Assembly (NCBI GenBank): GCA_963719315.1 | Contig: CAVRBU010000002.1 | Span: 1,760,001 to 1,824,000 of the forward strand | Reading direction: 5' to 3' | From: an uncultured Planctomycetota bacterium | Lineage (GTDB): Bacteria; Planctomycetota; Planctomycetia; Pirellulales; Lacipirellulaceae | DNA length: 64,000 bases | Shown: in pieces, positions 54,766 through 64,000 of the stretch | How the letters are laid out: each line of letters opens with the position of its first letter | Numbering within the stretch: position 1 is the stretch's first letter | Notes under the pieces: model-generated | What the model was told of the DNA's origin: nothing | Database searches by the model: none | Seen by the model: the letters and a program-made list of their open reading frames with translations, nothing else | Position numbers and translations under genes: made by a program

Positions 54766-56154
54766 ATGAATAAGCCGAAGATAACGCCGACGAACAACTC
54801 TGGCAAGTCGATATCGAATTTCTTCCATCGATCGGCAAAATTTGTGCTAACTACTTGGTTCGCCTTGCGAATGGGTCAGGTTTGCCTGGCCGCCGACGCG
54901 GCCGACCCCAGCGACTGGGTGAAGGCCAACATGCCGCAGCTAGTAGAACTTTACCGGCACCTGCACCAAACTCCCGAGTTGTCTCTGAAGGAGAAGGAAA
55001 CGTCGGCCCGGATGGCCGAGGAGTTGCAAGACCTGGGCATCAAGGTGTCGACCAACATCGGCGGCTACGGCGTCGTGGGCGTCCTGGAAAACGGCCCCGG
55101 CAAGGTGCTTATGCTGCGGTCGGATCTGGACGGGCTGCCGGTCGCCGAGCAGACCGGGTTGCCGTATGCCTCGAAGGTCCGCACGCAAGACGCCCGTGGG
55201 GCCACCGTGGGCGTCATGCACGCCTGCGGTCACGACGTGCACATGACGAACCTCATCGGCGTGGCCCGCTACCTCGCGTCGCACCGCGACGCCTGGTCGG
55301 GCACGGTGTTGTTTGTGTTCCAGCCCGCGGAGGAGATCGGGGGCGGTGCCGACGCCATGATTCAGGACGGATTGTTTTCCAAGTTTCCGCGACCGGATTT
55401 TGCGGTCGCGCTCCATGATTCTGCCGACGTTTCCACCGGCGAGATCGACTATCTCGGTGGCTATGCCATGGCGAACATCGACAGCGTGGACATCATCGTC
55501 AAAGGCCGGGGCGGACACGGGGCCAGTCCGGAATCCACGATCGATCCGGTTGTCATCGCCGCGAGGCTGGTGCTCGATTTGCAAACCATTGTGAGCCGCG
55601 AGGTGAAGCCGATCAGCCCGGCGGTCGTTACGGTCGGGTCGATTCACGGCGGCACGAAGCACAACATCATCTCCGATGAATGCCGGCTCCAGTTGACGCT
55701 TCGGAGCCTTTCGCCGGAGGTACGACAGCAGTTGCAGGATGCGGTGCGCCGCAAAGCGCTAGCGGCCGCTGCGAGTGCCGGAGCACCGGAGCCGACCATC
55801 GAAATCTCGGAGGGAACGCCCGCACTGTTTAACGATCCGCAGTTGACCGGGCGCTTGGCCTCCGCTTTAAGAAGGAAATTCGGCGACGACAAGGTAAAGG
55901 AAGGTGAGCCCGTGATGGGCGGCGAGGATTTCGGCCGGTTCGGCTCGACGGGCGTTCCGATCTGCATGCTTCGCTTAGGCGCCGTGAGCCAGAAGCGGCT
56001 GGATGAGTTCGCGGCGAAGCACGTGCCGCCGAATTCGCTCCATTCGCCGTTGTTTTACCCCGATATCGAGGAAACACTCGCGACGGGCGTCCCAGCCATG
56101 GTAACCTGCGTGACGGAGTTGTTGCCGCCGACCGAATCCAAGTCTACGAAATGA
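54766..56154 (+). CDS. M20D-family amidohydrolase
   Basis: HQTPELS, MHACGHD, FQPAEE, GRGGHG and MGGEDF. Confidence 0.92.
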   Translation: MNKPKITPTNNSGKSISNFFHRSAKFVLTTWFALRMGQVCLAADAADPSDWVKANMPQLVELYRHLHQTPELSLKEKETSARMAEELQDLGIKVSTNIGGYGVVGVLENGPGKVLMLRSDLDGLPVAEQTGLPYASKVRTQDARGATVGVMHACGHDVHMTNLIGVARYLASHRDAWSGTVLFVFQPAEEIGGGADAMIQDGLFSKFPRPDFAVALHDSADVSTGEIDYLGGYAMANIDSVDIIVKGRGGHGASPESTIDPVVIAARLVLDLQTIVSREVKPISPAVVTVGSIHGGTKHNIISDECRLQLTLRSLSPEVRQQLQDAVRRKALAAAASAGAPEPTIEISEGTPALFNDPQLTGRLASALRRKFGDDKVKEGEPVMGGEDFGRFGSTGVPICMLRLGAVSQKRLDEFAAKHVPPNSLHSPLFYPDIEETLATGVPAMVTCVTELLPPTESKSTK

Positions 56155-56498
56155 GCTCTCTGCGAATCAGCCGTTGGCTTCGTGGGTGGATCATCGGCTA
56201 CGTCGCGCTCGCAGGCGCCGTCGTGGGCAGTATGTTTTGGGCGCGGCACACGGTCCTCACGGAGTTTTCGACTCCCGAATCGATCGCCGATTGGCGGGCA
56301 TGGCGGGAAGATGTCCGCCAACAGCAGGCGAACCTCGGGCCGGTCGAGCGGCGTGTGCCCAAAAGCGAAGAGCCGCCGGCGCTGGTGTTGATGCGCGATT
56401 ATTTCATCGTATCACTGATGGGGGCGACGTTTTTTACATCGCTGCTGTATTGGGTGGTTGCGTGGTTTGTTACGGGGGCGTTAAGTAGCGGCGCGTAG
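56151..56498 (+). CDS. Hypothetical membrane protein
   Basis: Overlaps the upstream stop (ATGA). Two hydrophobic segments flank GPVERRVPKSEEPPALVLMRDYF. Confidence 0.65.
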   Translation: MSSLRISRWLRGWIIGYVALAGAVVGSMFWARHTVLTEFSTPESIADWRAWREDVRQQQANLGPVERRVPKSEEPPALVLMRDYFIVSLMGATFFTSLLYWVVAWFVTGALSSGA

Positions 56499-56601
56499 CG
56501 AGGCCAACCGAAGTTGCGTGCTGCGTGCTTCGTACTTAAGTACATGAGTACCAAGCGAACGACGCGACATCTCTCGTCTTACCGCCGACTGAAAATTCTC
56601 A

Positions 56602-57069
56602 ATGGGTTCAACAATCCGCAGCACCGGTCCGCCGATTCAATTGCAGGCGAATACGTCCGTGCGATGGCGAAATTGGCCGCTGGTGGATCGGCCGACCTGG
56701 TCGTGGTTGGTGCCGCTGGGCATTCTCATATTGAGCGGCATCGTCTTCCAACTCGGTGGCGGCTGGTTTTTGTCGCTGGTTGTGATTGCGGCTCTGGCAG
56801 CGGTTCTCTGGCAGTTTCTGGTGCCGGTCTCGTTTGAAGTCACGTCGCTCGGCCTGCGGCGGTACGCGCTGGGGCGCGTTCGACTTATTCCGTGGCAGGC
56901 GATCCGCGCCTACCAACTCCGGCCGACGGGCATCGTTTTCTTTCAGCAGCCGAGCCCGACCAAACTCGATCTGTTGAGCAGTCTCTTTGTTCCGTACCCG
57001 CAGGCCGAAGATGAGATGCTGGTCGCGGTGCGGTCGTACCTGCCGCATGCCTCGGAACTGCTCACGTAG
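56602..57069 (+). CDS. Hypothetical membrane protein
   Basis: Two TM helices followed by a small beta-rich domain. Confidence 0.6.
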   Translation: MGSTIRSTGPPIQLQANTSVRWRNWPLVDRPTWSWLVPLGILILSGIVFQLGGGWFLSLVVIAALAAVLWQFLVPVSFEVTSLGLRRYALGRVRLIPWQAIRAYQLRPTGIVFFQQPSPTKLDLLSSLFVPYPQAEDEMLVAVRSYLPHASELLT

Positions 57070-57096
57070 CCGCGTCTCTCCGAAATGCGAATACGA

Positions 57097-58355
57097 TTAC
57101 GGCGTGCGCTTGGACGCCAGTTTGGGGTCGAGTGCATCGCGCAGGCCGTCGCCGAGGAAATTGAGCGCATACAGAGTGATGCCCAGCGCCAGGCTCGGGA
57201 AGACGATCAGCCACCAGTAAACCTTTACGGGCGTGATGACCTTGATTCCCTCGTTCGCCAACAGCCCCCAAGAAACATCGGGCGGCTCCACTCCGAGGCC
57301 GAGAAATGACAGGAATGCCTCGAACAGCATCACCCGTGGAATGGTGAGCGTGAGATACACGATCACCACGCTGAGCAGATTCGGCAAGATGTGCCGCCAA
57401 ATGATTCGCGATTGTGGAGCGCCGACCGACCGAGCCGCTTCGACGAATAGTTCGGTGCGGAGGGAGATCACCTGGCCGCGAACGACGCGGGCCATCGTGA
57501 GCCAGTAGATCGCTCCGACGACGAAATAGAAAATCGTAATGCGGCTGATGCCCCACTCCTCAAGTGTGGCCTTGTTATGCTCCTCGCCCAGAATCGTAAT
57601 CACGAAGATCACGACAAAGATGAATGGGATCGAATACAGGATATCGACGAACCGCATCATGATGTCGTCCACCCAGCCGCCGACATAGCCGGCGAGCGCG
57701 CCGTAGGTGACGCCGATCAGCAGGGACACGAACGTGGCGACAATGCCCACGACGATCGAGATCCGGGCGCCCAAAAGACGCGCGAAAGGACATCGCGGCC
57801 GAATTCATCGCGCCCGGCGAGTGAGCCGAGCGTCCATTCGCCGAACAGCCGGGAGCGTGTGCGAATCATCCAGCGGCTGACGAGGCCCGGATCGGGAAAT
57901 CCCGCCTCGCGATAGGGACGCAGTAGGATGTTTTGTAGCTCGTTATATTTGCGGCGCACCTCGCTACTAGCGGCCTTGATTCCCTTGGGCAATGGGACAT
58001 CGGTTTTTTGAGCTTTGGCGAGCTGCTCCTTGGACGCCTGCAACTCGGCACGCACGCCGGCCAATTTGGAGGGTGTTTCTTGGATTGCCGGCCAATCCAA
58101 TGTGAACGTCTTGACGAACAACGGAGTAAGTTTCGGCGGCTCGTATTGCAAGTCGGTGTGGTGTTTGTCAGGAGGAGCGAGCGGCAGGAGTGGCGTGAGG
58201 AATGCGAGCAGGCCGATGGTGACCAGCGTCACGAGCGACGCCATCGCCATGCGATTGCGGCGCAGGCGTCGCCAGGCATCCTGGCCAAGTGAAACGCCCT
58301 TGGCAACCTGGTCGAGAGGCCTCTGTGAAGCCGATGTCGGTTCAATTCGTGACAT
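57097..58355 (-). CDS. oppC: Peptide ABC transporter permease (apparent 1-bp frameshift near 57771)
   Basis: DAWRRLRRNRMA. GRDEFGRDVLSRVFW-GARIS is restored by one G. Also FVEAARSVGA and NFLGDGLRDALDP. Confidence 0.9.
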
Positions 58356-58391
58356 GCAATTGGCGTCGATGCGCCTCCCACAGCCGTGGAC

Positions 58392-59309
58392 TCACTTCAG
58401 TTCAACGCGTGGATCCAAAATCCCATACGACAGGTCAACCAAGAAATTCATCACGTACAGCAGCAGCGTGTACAGCAGTACGAGGCCCATGGCGAGCGTG
58501 TAGTCGCGCTGCAGCGCCGCTTGCACGAAATGCCAGCCAAGGCCGGGGATGGCGAAGATCCGTTCCACAACGACCGAGCCGGTGAGGATGCCAGCCACCG
58601 CCGGGCCGAGAAACGACACAACCGGCAGCATGGCCGAGGGCAGGGCGTGGCGAAGGGCCACCGTGACTTTGTTGAGCCCCTTGGCACGGGCGGTCCGCAC
58701 GAAATCCTGCGACAACGCATCGAGCATGCCGGTGCGGGTGATGCGGGCGATCTCGGCTGCGTACAACGTTCCCAGGCAAATGGCGGGAAGGATGAGTTGT
58801 CGAAGCGTCCCCCAGCCGGCGGCCGGAAAAATCGGGATGGCGAACACAAACAGCATGATCGCCAACCCGGCAATAACAAAACTGGGCACTGCGATGCCGA
58901 TTGTGGCCAACGACATGAGCACCAGGTCGGCCGCCGAGCCGCGGTACATCGCCGACACGATGCCCGCGGTTAGCCCCAACGTAATTGCATACGCAAGCGC
59001 AAAAATGCCCAAGGCGGCCGAAACCGGCAGGCCCTGGGCGATGACCTCGTTTACGTTGAAATCTTGCAGGCGCATGCTCAGGCCGAAATCACCGCGGGCC
59101 ACATTGCCCAATTCGATGGCGTACTGCTGGTACAGCGGCAGGTCGAGCTTGTAGCGGTGCTTGATGTTTTCCTCGATCTCGGGCGGCAGATTTCGATCGC
59201 CCGAATAGGGGCCGCCAGGCACCGCCCGCATCAACAGGAACGAAACCGTAAATACGCACCACAACGTAACAATTAGCCCGATCAACCGCCGAACAATGAA
59301 CCAAGTCAC
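58392..59309 (-). CDS. oppB: Peptide ABC transporter permease
   Basis: AVPGGP, DFVRTARAKGL, VERIFAIPGLG and YGILDPR. GTG start overlaps the oppA stop. Confidence 0.93.
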   Translation of the reverse strand: MTWFIVRRLIGLIVTLWCVFTVSFLLMRAVPGGPYSGDRNLPPEIEENIKHRYKLDLPLYQQYAIELGNVARGDFGLSMRLQDFNVNEVIAQGLPVSAALGIFALAYAITLGLTAGIVSAMYRGSAADLVLMSLATIGIAVPSFVIAGLAIMLFVFAIPIFPAAGWGTLRQLILPAICLGTLYAAEIARITRTGMLDALSQDFVRTARAKGLNKVTVALRHALPSAMLPVVSFLGPAVAGILTGSVVVERIFAIPGLGWHFVQAALQRDYTLAMGLVLLYTLLLYVMNFLVDLSYGILDPRVELK

Positions 59310-61201
59310 TTCACCGGCTCCATGTATTCGTTCGGCCGCGGGTCCTTGTCGTTCACTTTGGGATCGATCCAAATGGCGGATAGCGGGTGCGTATCTTGCA
59401 GATTGTTGTAGAATCCGCGAACGTGAGGTCGCACCATGTTGCGCGACACGTAGAAGTACACGGGGATGATGGGCATTTCTTCCATCAACAATCGCTCGGC
59501 GCTTTCCAAAATGCGCATTCGCTTCTGCTGGTCGGGCTCCTTGGCAGCATCGGCGATCAGCTTATCGTACTCGGCATTCGAGAATCCGGTGCAATTGTTT
59601 TCGCCGTTGGTGACGAACATGTCGAGATAGGTGTTTGGGTCGAGATAATCGCCCACCCACGCGCGGCGCGCAACGAGGTACTTCAATTGCTGTTGCGAAT
59701 CCTGAAACGAGCCCCATTCCTCATTGCGAAGCGACGCCGTGATTCCCAGCTCCCGTTGCCATTGCTTGCGGACGAGCTCGGCGATCGCTTGGTGTTGCTG
59801 ATCGGTGTTGTACAGGATTTCGAGCTTGGGGAAGCCGCGGCCATCTGGGTAGCCTGCCTCGGCCAGCAGCTTGCGGGCCGCTTCCGGGTTGAACGGTTTG
59901 CACGGCTGCTGCTTGTAGTCCGGCATCGAGGGCGGGACGAGGCTCAGCGCCGGAACTTCGCCCGCTCCGGTGGCGACGCGGGTAATTTCCTCGCGATCGA
60001 GCGCCAATGCAAGTGCCTGGCGGACTCGTTTGTCGTTGAGCGGCGGACGCGTGTTGTTCAGCAAATAGTAGTAGGTCGTAAGCTGCGGCGCGGGGTTCAA
60101 ATCGTTGCGGCGCGGGTTGTCTTTGAGAAATTCGCGCAGCACCTCCGGTGGCGGTACCGTAACCCAATCAATCATGCCGGTCATGTACAGATTCAACGCC
60201 GTCGTCCGGTTGTCGATCGAAAGCGCGTCAATCACGTTCAAGCGGACGTTCTTTCGATCCCAATAATCGTCGCTGCGCTGGAGGCGAATTCGATCGCGAA
60301 TTCGCCGCGCGACGAGCCGATAGGCGCCGTTGGTGACGATATTCTCGGGCTTCGTCCAGTCCGGCTTCCCATATTTTTCCACGCAACCTTGATGCACGGG
60401 CGCGAACGGATAGAAGCCCAGCAAATCGAGAAAATAGGGTGTGGGATTAATGAGCCGGACTTCAAGCGTGTGGTCGTCGATCGCGCGCACGCCGACCTGG
60501 CGGAAGTCGAGCAGAACCTGGCGGCAGCGTTCAATTCCTTTCGCGATTTCCTCTGTCTCATCGGCAACTTGAAAGCGGCGTTCCTGGCCGTCTATTTCGA
60601 CGACATAGATCCGATCGCGTCCCGACTCGGGCTTTGACTGCTTAGGATCGCGGGAGTCAATCCGCACTAACTTGCCCATTAGCAGCTTGCCTCGAACTGT
60701 GTTCGTCGAACCTTCCGGCGGGTTGAGCTCGACTTCGACGGGGTCGCCCGGCACGAGCGTGCTGCCGCCCAGGTTGTAGCGTTTCGCGTTCTCGATGTAC
60801 CACGCTTGGTATGAATAGCGCGAAAACGTGAGCGGGTCGATCAGTCGCCGAATCGAGTAGAGGAAATCGCGGGCCGTAACGGGATCGCCATTCGACCAGC
60901 GGGCATTGTCGCGGAGATGGAACGTATACACGCGGCCGTCGTCGGAGATTTCCCACTTCTCGGCCACGCCCGGCTCGGCTTTGGTATTATCGGGCCTCCA
61001 CCGAACCAGACCTTCGAAAAGCGAGCTCACGATTCGGCCTTCGGGCTGGCCGGTGATGAGCGCCGGATCGATGGACTGCACCTCCGTTTCGTTCACGAAC
61101 GTAAAATCGGCCGGGGGCAGACGGCCGCCGTAAATGGCCCAACCAACGGCCGTAAGGCCGGCTACGAGCATCAGTCCAAGAATCCAGGTGCGACCAGGCA
61201 T
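59306..61201 (-). CDS. oppA: Peptide ABC transporter substrate-binding protein
   Basis: SIDPA, YTFHLR..ARWSNGDPVTA.DF, VTNGAY, RVRQAL and WVGDYLDP. Confidence 0.92.
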   Translation of the reverse strand: MPGRTWILGLMLVAGLTAVGWAIYGGRLPPADFTFVNETEVQSIDPALITGQPEGRIVSSLFEGLVRWRPDNTKAEPGVAEKWEISDDGRVYTFHLRDNARWSNGDPVTARDFLYSIRRLIDPLTFSRYSYQAWYIENAKRYNLGGSTLVPGDPVEVELNPPEGSTNTVRGKLLMGKLVRIDSRDPKQSKPESGRDRIYVVEIDGQERRFQVADETEEIAKGIERCRQVLLDFRQVGVRAIDDHTLEVRLINPTPYFLDLLGFYPFAPVHQGCVEKYGKPDWTKPENIVTNGAYRLVARRIRDRIRLQRSDDYWDRKNVRLNVIDALSIDNRTTALNLYMTGMIDWVTVPPPEVLREFLKDNPRRNDLNPAPQLTTYYYLLNNTRPPLNDKRVRQALALALDREEITRVATGAGEVPALSLVPPSMPDYKQQPCKPFNPEAARKLLAEAGYPDGRGFPKLEILYNTDQQHQAIAELVRKQWQRELGITASLRNEEWGSFQDSQQQLKYLVARRAWVGDYLDPNTYLDMFVTNGENNCTGFSNAEYDKLIADAAKEPDQQKRMRILESAERLLMEEMPIIPVYFYVSRNMVRPHVRGFYNNLQDTHPLSAIWIDPKVNDKDPRPNEYMEPVK

Positions 61202-61293
61202 GGTGCTAATCTAACGGGACAAGGTACGGCCGGCCAACTACAATTCGATACGCGTCGCCGAAATGTTTGGATCGAGTAGCGGGTTGGGGTGGC

Positions 61294-61794
61294 ATGGCCG
61301 ATTTCGTCCACGAACGTCATAAACCGCTGCAACAACTTGCCCGGCCACGCGAGTTGGTCCTCGTATGCGCACCGCTGCGGAGCAACATCAACCTCTCTCG
61401 AATTGCCCGGGCTGCGGCCTGTTGCGGCGTAACGCGGCTCGTTTGCTGCGGGCCAGGCCGGCTCGATCGCAAAATCGCCCGCGATGCGGCCGACACGCTC
61501 CAAATCGAGTCGCACCGAACGTTGCCTTCCGTGCTCGATAAGCTGCGAGAGGATGGTCACCGCCTTATTGGTTTGGAGCAGACCAGTAACTCGAAGAACC
61601 TGCATCATTTCAAATTCGAGCGCCGCACGGCACTCGTGATCGGCAATGAACGCACCGGCCTGACGGTTGAAATCCTGGCGCGACTCGACGAGGTCGTGGA
61701 GATTCCCGTGTGGGGTTTGCCGTACAGCTACAATGTGGCGACGGCAACCGCCATGACGTTGTACGAATACTGCCGGCAATTTCCCGACGGGTGA
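61294..61794 (+). CDS. TrmH/SpoU-family RNA methyltransferase
   Basis: NLSRIAR, LVIGNERTGL and EIP..G...SYNVATA. Confidence 0.9.
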   Translation: MADFVHERHKPLQQLARPRELVLVCAPLRSNINLSRIARAAACCGVTRLVCCGPGRLDRKIARDAADTLQIESHRTLPSVLDKLREDGHRLIGLEQTSNSKNLHHFKFERRTALVIGNERTGLTVEILARLDEVVEIPVWGLPYSYNVATATAMTLYEYCRQFPDG

Positions 61795-61796
61795 AG

Positions 61797-61895
61797 GTAG
61801 GGTGGCGTACTCTCCCGCCGAGGCGGGTGAGCATGTGTGGCGGTGAAGCTCGCATGCCTACGCCGCGGCGGCGAAGACATGGTGCCCCAGGCCTA
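61797..61895. repeat. REP-like palindromic element between convergent genes
   Basis: GTAGGGTGGCGTACTCTCCCGCCGAGGCGGGTGAGCATG...CCTAC, similar to 53898-53967. Confidence 0.65.
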
Positions 61896-62903
61896 CGCTT
61901 TGGATCGTGGTACAACGATCGTCCGACCCACGATCTGCCCCGCCAGCATCTTCTGCACTCGATCGGGCAATTTATCAAGCGTGATTTCGTCGGCGATGTC
62001 GTTGAGCCGCGCAACGCGCCACGGGCCGGCAAGCTTCTGCCAAGTCTCCAAACGTTCGGGCCGCGGGCATTTGCCAGAATCGATTCCGACTAACACGACG
62101 CCACGCAAAATGAATGGGTAGACGGTCGTGTTCAGTTCGGCGCCCGCGACCAGTCCACACGCGGCGACGCAGCCGCGATGTTCGAGCGAACGCAGGATTG
62201 TCGCCAGCGGCCGGCCGCCCAGCGTATCGACCGCGGCCGCCCAGCGGGCGGATAGCAACGGTCGGTCGGTTTCATCCAGCACATCTTGCCGGCCGAGTAT
62301 TTTGCCGACGCCAAGTTGGCGCAGCCAATCGTGTCGATCACGTTTTCCGGTCACCGCTTCCACGGAGTAGCCAAGTTTCGCTAGGATCGCGACGGCCAGT
62401 GAGCCGACGCCCCCGGTGGCCCCTGTGACGATTACGGGCCCGCGCTCGGGACCGATGCCGTGAGCAGCGATCGCCGCGACGCACTGCGCGGCCGTGAAAC
62501 CAGCGGTGCCGTAGATCATGGCGTCGCGGGCACTCATTCCCTTCGGCAGCGGTACGATCCATTCGGCCGGCGCACGGACGAACTCAGCAAAGCCGCCCCA
62601 CTGGCCGGCGCCGAGTTCGTAGCCCGTGACGAGCACTTCGTCACCGGGGCGATAGTCGGGCGACGTGCTTTCTACAACGGTTCCCGCGCAGTCGATGCCG
62701 GGGATATGAGGAAGCGAGCGCACCACGCCCGGATGGGCCTGCGTCGCCAGCGCATCTTTGTAGTTCAGCGAAGAAAAAGCGACGCGAATGAGCACGTCGC
62801 CCGGCGGCAGATCGCTCGAGGAAATGGATTCGACGCCCGCTGCAACCCGCCCGTCGGCCTCTTTGCGGACCATGTAGCACGGAAATAATTGTACTTGCGA
62901 CAT
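61893..62903 (-). CDS. acuI: YhdH/AcuI-family NADPH oxidoreductase (acryloyl-CoA reductase-like)
   Basis: SSLNYKDALA, PGIDCAG, GTAGFTAA, VTGATGGVGS and PFILRGV..GIDS. Confidence 0.88.
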   Translation of the reverse strand: MSQVQLFPCYMVRKEADGRVAAGVESISSSDLPPGDVLIRVAFSSLNYKDALATQAHPGVVRSLPHIPGIDCAGTVVESTSPDYRPGDEVLVTGYELGAGQWGGFAEFVRAPAEWIVPLPKGMSARDAMIYGTAGFTAAQCVAAIAAHGIGPERGPVIVTGATGGVGSLAVAILAKLGYSVEAVTGKRDRHDWLRQLGVGKILGRQDVLDETDRPLLSARWAAAVDTLGGRPLATILRSLEHRGCVAACGLVAGAELNTTVYPFILRGVVLVGIDSGKCPRPERLETWQKLAGPWRVARLNDIADEITLDKLPDRVQKMLAGQIVGRTIVVPRSKA

Positions 62904-62907
62904 GCAC

Positions 62908-62969
62908 GTAGCGTGGGCACCGCCCACCAAGCTTAATGGTTGTAGATTGGTGGGCGATGCCCACCCCTA
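62908..62969. repeat. REP-like inverted doublet (GTAG type)
   Basis: GTAGCGTGGGCACCGCCCACCA...TGGTGGGCGATGCCCACCCCTA. Confidence 0.65.
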
Positions 62970-62981
62970 ATGACTACTGAC

Positions 62982-63341
62982 CTACTTCAATTCAATCGGC
63001 AACTCGTCGATTTTCGCCGCGAGGATGAAATCGTTTTCAGACAGCCCGCCAATCGCGTGCGTCCATAGTTCGACCCACACGTTGCGATAGCCTTCGATGT
63101 GCAGGTCGGGGTGGTGCGCATCGGCCTCGGCAAGTTCGGCGCAGCGATTGAAAAAGTCGATGCCGGCCATGAAGTTTTTCACCTTCCAATCTTTGCGCAT
63201 CCGCTGCCCGTCGTGCGTAATCCGCCAGCCTTGAAGCTGCTTTAGTTGCTGCCGAGTCTCCTCCGGCGAATACGGATCGACGCCCCCCTCGCACGGTTTG
63301 CACTTCTTCTGCACCAATTCGGCGGGTGATTGAACGGTCAT
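62982..63341 (-). CDS. phhB: Pterin-4-alpha-carbinolamine dehydratase
   Basis: CKPCEGG, HHPDL and WTHAIGGLSENDFILAAKID. Confidence 0.93.
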   Translation of the reverse strand: MTVQSPAELVQKKCKPCEGGVDPYSPEETRQQLKQLQGWRITHDGQRMRKDWKVKNFMAGIDFFNRCAELAEADAHHPDLHIEGYRNVWVELWTHAIGGLSENDFILAAKIDELPIELK

Positions 63342-63457
63342 GGTCAGTTCCTCCTGGATTTCGACGTGCCAAGTCGGTAGACGCGCGAGTAATTATGGTT
63401 TGCAGCGGTCGAACGTCAATCGCCACCGGCGAATTGAGGCAGCGGACGTAGCAATTA

Positions 63458-64000
63458 CTAAAATCCGGCGAGGTGACAGATTGCCGCGATCAAAAAGCCG
63501 GCAAAGATCGTGACGCACGCCGCCGCGATGATGAGGATTCCGGGGTGAATCACGGCTGCCAGTGTCGCGGCGCCGCATACTACGAGATACGTATTCACAG
63601 CCGGGCTGCCGAAATCGCCTAGCATCCACGTTGCGGCGAACGCGGCGCATGCGAAAGCCGCTGCCGCACGCTTGCCGAATACTACAGCCAGTGTCTGATG
63701 ACCGGCCGCTCGATCGGCCTCGTAATCGGCGGCCGTCGCCAGGGCGTGAACGCCGGCCACACACAGCGCCAACAGGTAATATCGCAGCGGCATCTCTCGC
63801 GGGTTGGCGTTCAAGCTGTAGCCCATCATCAGTGGAAACAAAAAGTAGCCCAGCCCGTTGGCCAGCGAATCGAGGGGTGGACGCTCCTTGAGCCGGTACG
63901 GCGGCACCGAATAAATCCAGGCGAGGACCACCAGCGAGATCGTGGCCATGACGTTTTCTGAGTTACGGGTGGCACAAGCTCCCAGGATCACGAGCGGCAT
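63458..64000 (-). CDS. UbiA prenyltransferase family protein (5' end outside window)
   Basis: YSVPPYRLKERP and DYEADRAAGHQTLAVVFG, with multiple TM segments. Confidence 0.85.
   Translation of the reverse strand: MPLVILGACATRNSENVMATISLVVLAWIYSVPPYRLKERPPLDSLANGLGYFLFPLMMGYSLNANPREMPLRYYLLALCVAGVHALATAADYEADRAAGHQTLAVVFGKRAAAAFACAAFAATWMLGDFGSPAVNTYLVVCGAATLAAVIHPGILIIAAACVTIFAGFLIAAICHLAGF

Overview
GC-rich bacterial DNA that looks planctomycete (Pirellulales-like), judged from DUF1559, PEP-CTERM and PQQ-propeller genes. It has three parts. (1) 1-19.6 kb is a decaying accessory island ending in an XRE-HTH plus tyrosine integrase at the 3' end of a tRNA-Ile2(CAU). Its cargo includes two PhoD phosphatases, an arylsulfatase and a lactonase/enolase-superfamily/RidA/MFS set. 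It also holds an internally deleted IS66, a truncated IS110, an in-frame 153-bp MITE, a chimeric dehydrogenase-lactate permease pseudogene, a possible group II intron 5' remnant and a tRNA-shaped element. (2) 21.5-29 kb has a sigma70 promoter and terminator-containing leader ahead of three paralogous LamG/PEP-CTERM proteins (one fused to a glycerophosphodiesterase), a DUF1559 prepilin-like protein and an EF-hand lipoprotein. (3) 29-64 kb is core-like: two very large uncharacterised envelope proteins, suhB, a candidate hairpin ncRNA, a ClpP-like gene, HIT, dGTPase, PIN/TRAM, purE, uppS, purA, a PIN toxin-antitoxin pair, sppA, rdgB, M20 amidohydrolase, oppABC, TrmH, AcuI/YhdH, PhhB and UbiA. Single-base frameshifts in short homopolymers in purA, dgt, oppC, sppA and the giant gene look like sequencing or assembly errors. 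All calls come from reading the sequence and motifs; no database search was run.
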